Source of the DNA: an uncultured Acidobacteriaceae bacterium
Lineage (GTDB): Bacteria > Acidobacteriota > Terriglobia > Terriglobales > Acidobacteriaceae
Assembly: GCA_963759355.1 (NCBI GenBank)
Contig: CAVWYV010000003.1
Location: 433,791-497,790, forward strand
Length of the DNA: 64,000 nucleotides
Reading direction: 5' to 3'
Part shown: positions 61,090 through 64,000 of the stretch, in pieces
How positions within the stretch are numbered: the stretch's first letter is position 1
Layout of the letters: each line of letters starts with the position of its first letter
Translations under genes and position numbers: made by a program
The notes under the pieces: model-generated
Told to the model about the DNA's origin: nothing
Database searches by the model: none
The model's input: the letters and a program-made list of their open reading frames with translations, nothing else

Positions 61090-61360
61090 GCATGTCGTCC
61101 GTGAACTGCGAGCGATCTCGCACAGCGATCGGAAGAGTGACAAGATCAATGCGGAGAAGCTGGCCCGCTACGCTCGCCTAGATCCGGAGCTCCTTCGACC
61201 CATCGCTCACCGCACCGTCGAGCAGCAAGCTCTTACCTTGATCCGAGCTCGGGATCTCATGGTGCAACTGCGTACAGCCGCGGTGAACGCCGTGCGAGGG
61301 TTGACGAAGGCCTGCGGCCATCGCATGTCGGCTTCCACGACAGGTTGCTTCGCGAAGCGA
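61090..61360 (+). pseudogene. IS110 transposase remnant
   Basis: ISHSDRKSDKINAEKLARYAR...LIRARD..RTAAVNAVRG. Confidence 0.7.
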
Positions 61361-61517
61361 AGCCACCCGGTCCGGGCACAAGAGAACCCAGCTTGTCGGC
61401 TTGGGAAAGAACCTCCCTGCTTGCGTCCTCGCCTGGTCCGATGACGCCGATGGCGGTTTTTCGCATAGGCTATATCTCGAGCCGCCGACATTTGGAAATT
61501 AGATGAACCCTCAATTC

Positions 61518-62417
61518 TCAGGGTAAGAAATGTAAGACATAGAGATCTTTGCCTCTGGGAATCGGTGAGTTGTCTTTGGCGCCTTTGAGCGAATCAGGGT
61601 TCGCCCAGACAAGAATGGGCCAGAATTTCGCGTCTCCGTAATACTTGATAGCGAGTTCCCGAAGCGTCTGGAGGTCTCCGACCTGCGCTTCGCCGAACTC
61701 TAAGTCCATCTCTCGAGCTTTGTACTCATCTTGCAGCTTAGACACATCGAGCGTTATACCTCTCTTGGAGCAGTCAAGAAGCTCCTCATTACCCTGGGCG
61801 ATCGCTGGTCCGGAGAGCTGGATGATCGTTTTTTCGGACTGTCCGTAAAACTTCGAGACCTTCCAAACCTCAATGAACTTCCCACTCCGAATCACCGTGT
61901 CGGCTGTGGCTGTACGGAAGTCGTAATAGCCTTGATCGAGATTGATGGCGCCGACGAGCGCCCAATAGTTGGTTTTTCCATAGATGTCTTGGGAGATCTC
62001 CGCGAGCGACTCTGGCTGCTTCAGTTGAACCGCGGACGAGACGATCTTCCGCACCGGGTCGGTTCCCAAAATAGCATCCTTCATTCCTGCGTTCGTGAGT
62101 GTCCCGGCCTGGGTCTGAAGCGCCTTGGCCTTCTCCGCAAAGTCACTGAGCACCGCGTCGGCGTCTACCGGCTGACCACTACTCTCGCGTTTCACGCTGC
62201 CCTTTAGCGAGAAGCCGATCAGGATCACTCCGATGATGGCAATAACAAGACCTGGAGTGCCATTGGTCAGTCGGGCCTGAACTCCAGGCCCTTTGATGAA
62301 AAAGTTGATCTTACCGGAGGTTCCCAGGAAAAGAAGGACTAGGCCGCCCAGACAAAGGATCGCGCCGAGGATCTCGACGACCAATAACTGCGCAAAACGA
62401 ATCTGAACCGGATCCAT
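61518..62417 (-). CDS. Membrane-anchored protein with two LysM-like domains
   Basis: Two N-terminal TMs; ESLAEISQDIYGKTNYWALVGAIN and TLRELAIKYYGDAKFWPILVWANP...IPRGKDLYV. Confidence 0.72.
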   Translation of the reverse strand: MDPVQIRFAQLLVVEILGAILCLGGLVLLFLGTSGKINFFIKGPGVQARLTNGTPGLVIAIIGVILIGFSLKGSVKRESSGQPVDADAVLSDFAEKAKALQTQAGTLTNAGMKDAILGTDPVRKIVSSAVQLKQPESLAEISQDIYGKTNYWALVGAINLDQGYYDFRTATADTVIRSGKFIEVWKVSKFYGQSEKTIIQLSGPAIAQGNEELLDCSKRGITLDVSKLQDEYKAREMDLEFGEAQVGDLQTLRELAIKYYGDAKFWPILVWANPDSLKGAKDNSPIPRGKDLYVLHFLP

Positions 62418-62688
62418 GCGACCTGCTCAAGTTGATGTGAGACCCATCATACTCACTCCCGGTTGATCGTAAAGTAGAGGAACTTACGTACCGAGCATGG
62501 CGCTGCGGAGATGCCGAATGTCCATCACGAAGGGCCGAATCTGAATCTGCGAGTCGAATCACGCTAGAGCGGTCTTTCCCGTTGAATATTTCTCTTGGCG
62601 CTGCACTCAATTCGAGCTATGATTCCGCCGTTCCAGGACCTTATCAATTCCTCTCATCACGAGCACGTGCATTTGATCAAGGAGACTT

Positions 62689-63741
62689 GTGCCGACTATA
62701 ACAGTAAAACTGGATGCTAAGACGATGGAGGGACAACCCCTTCACGATCCCGCCGTCCTAATCGAGATCCGCGAAATCGGGTCCGGCGTTGATCAAGTGG
62801 TTGACCGAGTAACGATCAATCAGTTCGCCGGATCCCAGACATTTGCAGTCGAACTGGAAGATGAGGCACAGCCTCTCTGGCAGATGACGGCTGACTTTTC
62901 GCTCTTCGATGGCGGACACGCGTTCAGCTTTTTCCCAGCGGTCAATCCCAGGCCGGTGTGGCCGGTCCGAGCAGCCCGGCTTCCGAACCGATGGAGCCCT
63001 CTGTTTACACCGCTGAAGGCATTGCCTTCGCCGCGCTTTGATCCACTTAACGCAGTAATCGCTGTTAGTCAAGCGGTCGACCTGAAGAACGGTGAAGCGG
63101 TAGGAGACCTGAACAACGTGTATGACCTCCTCAATTCCCCGGCCGCAATCCTAGCTAAGTCGGCCCTACTGAACATTTATGCCGTGTTAATCGAGGAGCT
63201 CGATCCGGAGGCCAGCCAGCAAGGACAAAGTGTCCCTTGGTTCTCATACGTTCGGAAAATCGTGCGGCTCGATCAAGAGCGGTTCGTGGCGGAGGTGGAT
63301 AGTGGACTGTTCGAGAATGTCAACAGCATCCTCAACCAGCTCGGTGGAAAGTATGCGGGGCAGGGATACTCGACCGAGCCCGCCGCCGATTTTCCACTAC
63401 ATTATCCAAACATTCCACCCCAGTACGGGGGAAATGGAATCAAGAAGCCGGTGAGCCTTGTCCAGATCATCACCCTGAAGAAACGGTATCGACAAGGAGA
63501 CGTGCAACTGACCGTATCCTTTTTCCGGTTCCAGGATGGAACCACAGTGCATCTGTTGGACTGCGACATGGATGAGCACGATAACATCGTTGGCCACAGC
63601 TTCGACCTTCTTCGGCATCTTCTAGAAAATACAGGCACGAATCCCATATACATGCATGAGTTCATCGAAGAGGATTCCGCACTAAATAACGGGGGCGTTG
63701 CTACCGTAGACCTTGGCTATACGCTTCAGCCACTAGCCTGA
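62689..63741 (+). CDS. Hypothetical protein
   Basis: AAGGAG RBS with GTG start; 350-aa ORF; family not recognised. Confidence 0.7.
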   Translation: MPTITVKLDAKTMEGQPLHDPAVLIEIREIGSGVDQVVDRVTINQFAGSQTFAVELEDEAQPLWQMTADFSLFDGGHAFSFFPAVNPRPVWPVRAARLPNRWSPLFTPLKALPSPRFDPLNAVIAVSQAVDLKNGEAVGDLNNVYDLLNSPAAILAKSALLNIYAVLIEELDPEASQQGQSVPWFSYVRKIVRLDQERFVAEVDSGLFENVNSILNQLGGKYAGQGYSTEPAADFPLHYPNIPPQYGGNGIKKPVSLVQIITLKKRYRQGDVQLTVSFFRFQDGTTVHLLDCDMDEHDNIVGHSFDLLRHLLENTGTNPIYMHEFIEEDSALNNGGVATVDLGYTLQPLA

Positions 63742-63839
63742 GACTCCACGCTTCCCCTCTTCCCTTCTCAAAAGGGCTGAAATGACGTGCACAAAAGAGG
63801 CGGTGCGCTAACTCGCCGATCGTTCTGAGGAAATCAGAG

Positions 63840-64000
63840 ATGATGCTTTTCAGGAATGGGATCCTGCTGGTACTCGCCGTTGTTGGCGCGACATTGGGAG
63901 CTCGGGGCCAGGGCTGCAGTCAAACTGACGTCTACCCCACCGCGGCCGCACAAGGAGCGCTTCAAGTCCTGGCGTTCGGCACATCCGTCATGTGGGGGAA
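63840..64000 (+). CDS. Secreted SGNH/GDSL-like hydrolase, 5' part
   Basis: MMLFRNGILLVLAVVGATLGARG signal peptide, then LAFGTSVMWG (GDS-like block I); truncated by the window. Confidence 0.45.
   Translation, partial: MMLFRNGILLVLAVVGATLGARGQGCSQTDVYPTAAAQGALQVLAFGTSVMWG

Overview
GC-rich bacterial DNA, most likely Acidobacteriota (PEP-CTERM protein, Oar-type TonB receptor, ArdC-DUF6908-ParB backbone; the taxonomy is an inference). Positions 1-4010 look like core genome: a cobalamin-riboswitch-controlled TonB receptor, a quinone oxidoreductase, a GT2 and an atypical tRNA-Arg(CCT). The rest reads as an accessory island. It holds a 3' uvrB fragment, a C1 protease, and RHS toxin/immunity modules, including a colicin E5-like tRNase and an L7/L12-CTD-like immunity candidate. 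It also holds a complete lasso peptide locus whose 44-aa precursor is missing from the ORF track, with an APH-type kinase, isopeptidase, TonB receptor, ECF sigma/anti-sigma and paired XRE regulators. Further on are FitAB, a ubiquitin-like operon (Ubl without C-terminal Gly, Ser-type E2, JAB-E1 fusion), a papain-fold/small-protein pair, a group II intron, a Tn554-like element inserted in parB, an IS1111-type IS110 element and several pseudogene fragments. All calls come from motif recognition by eye; no searches were run. Several single-base frameshifts may be sequencing errors.
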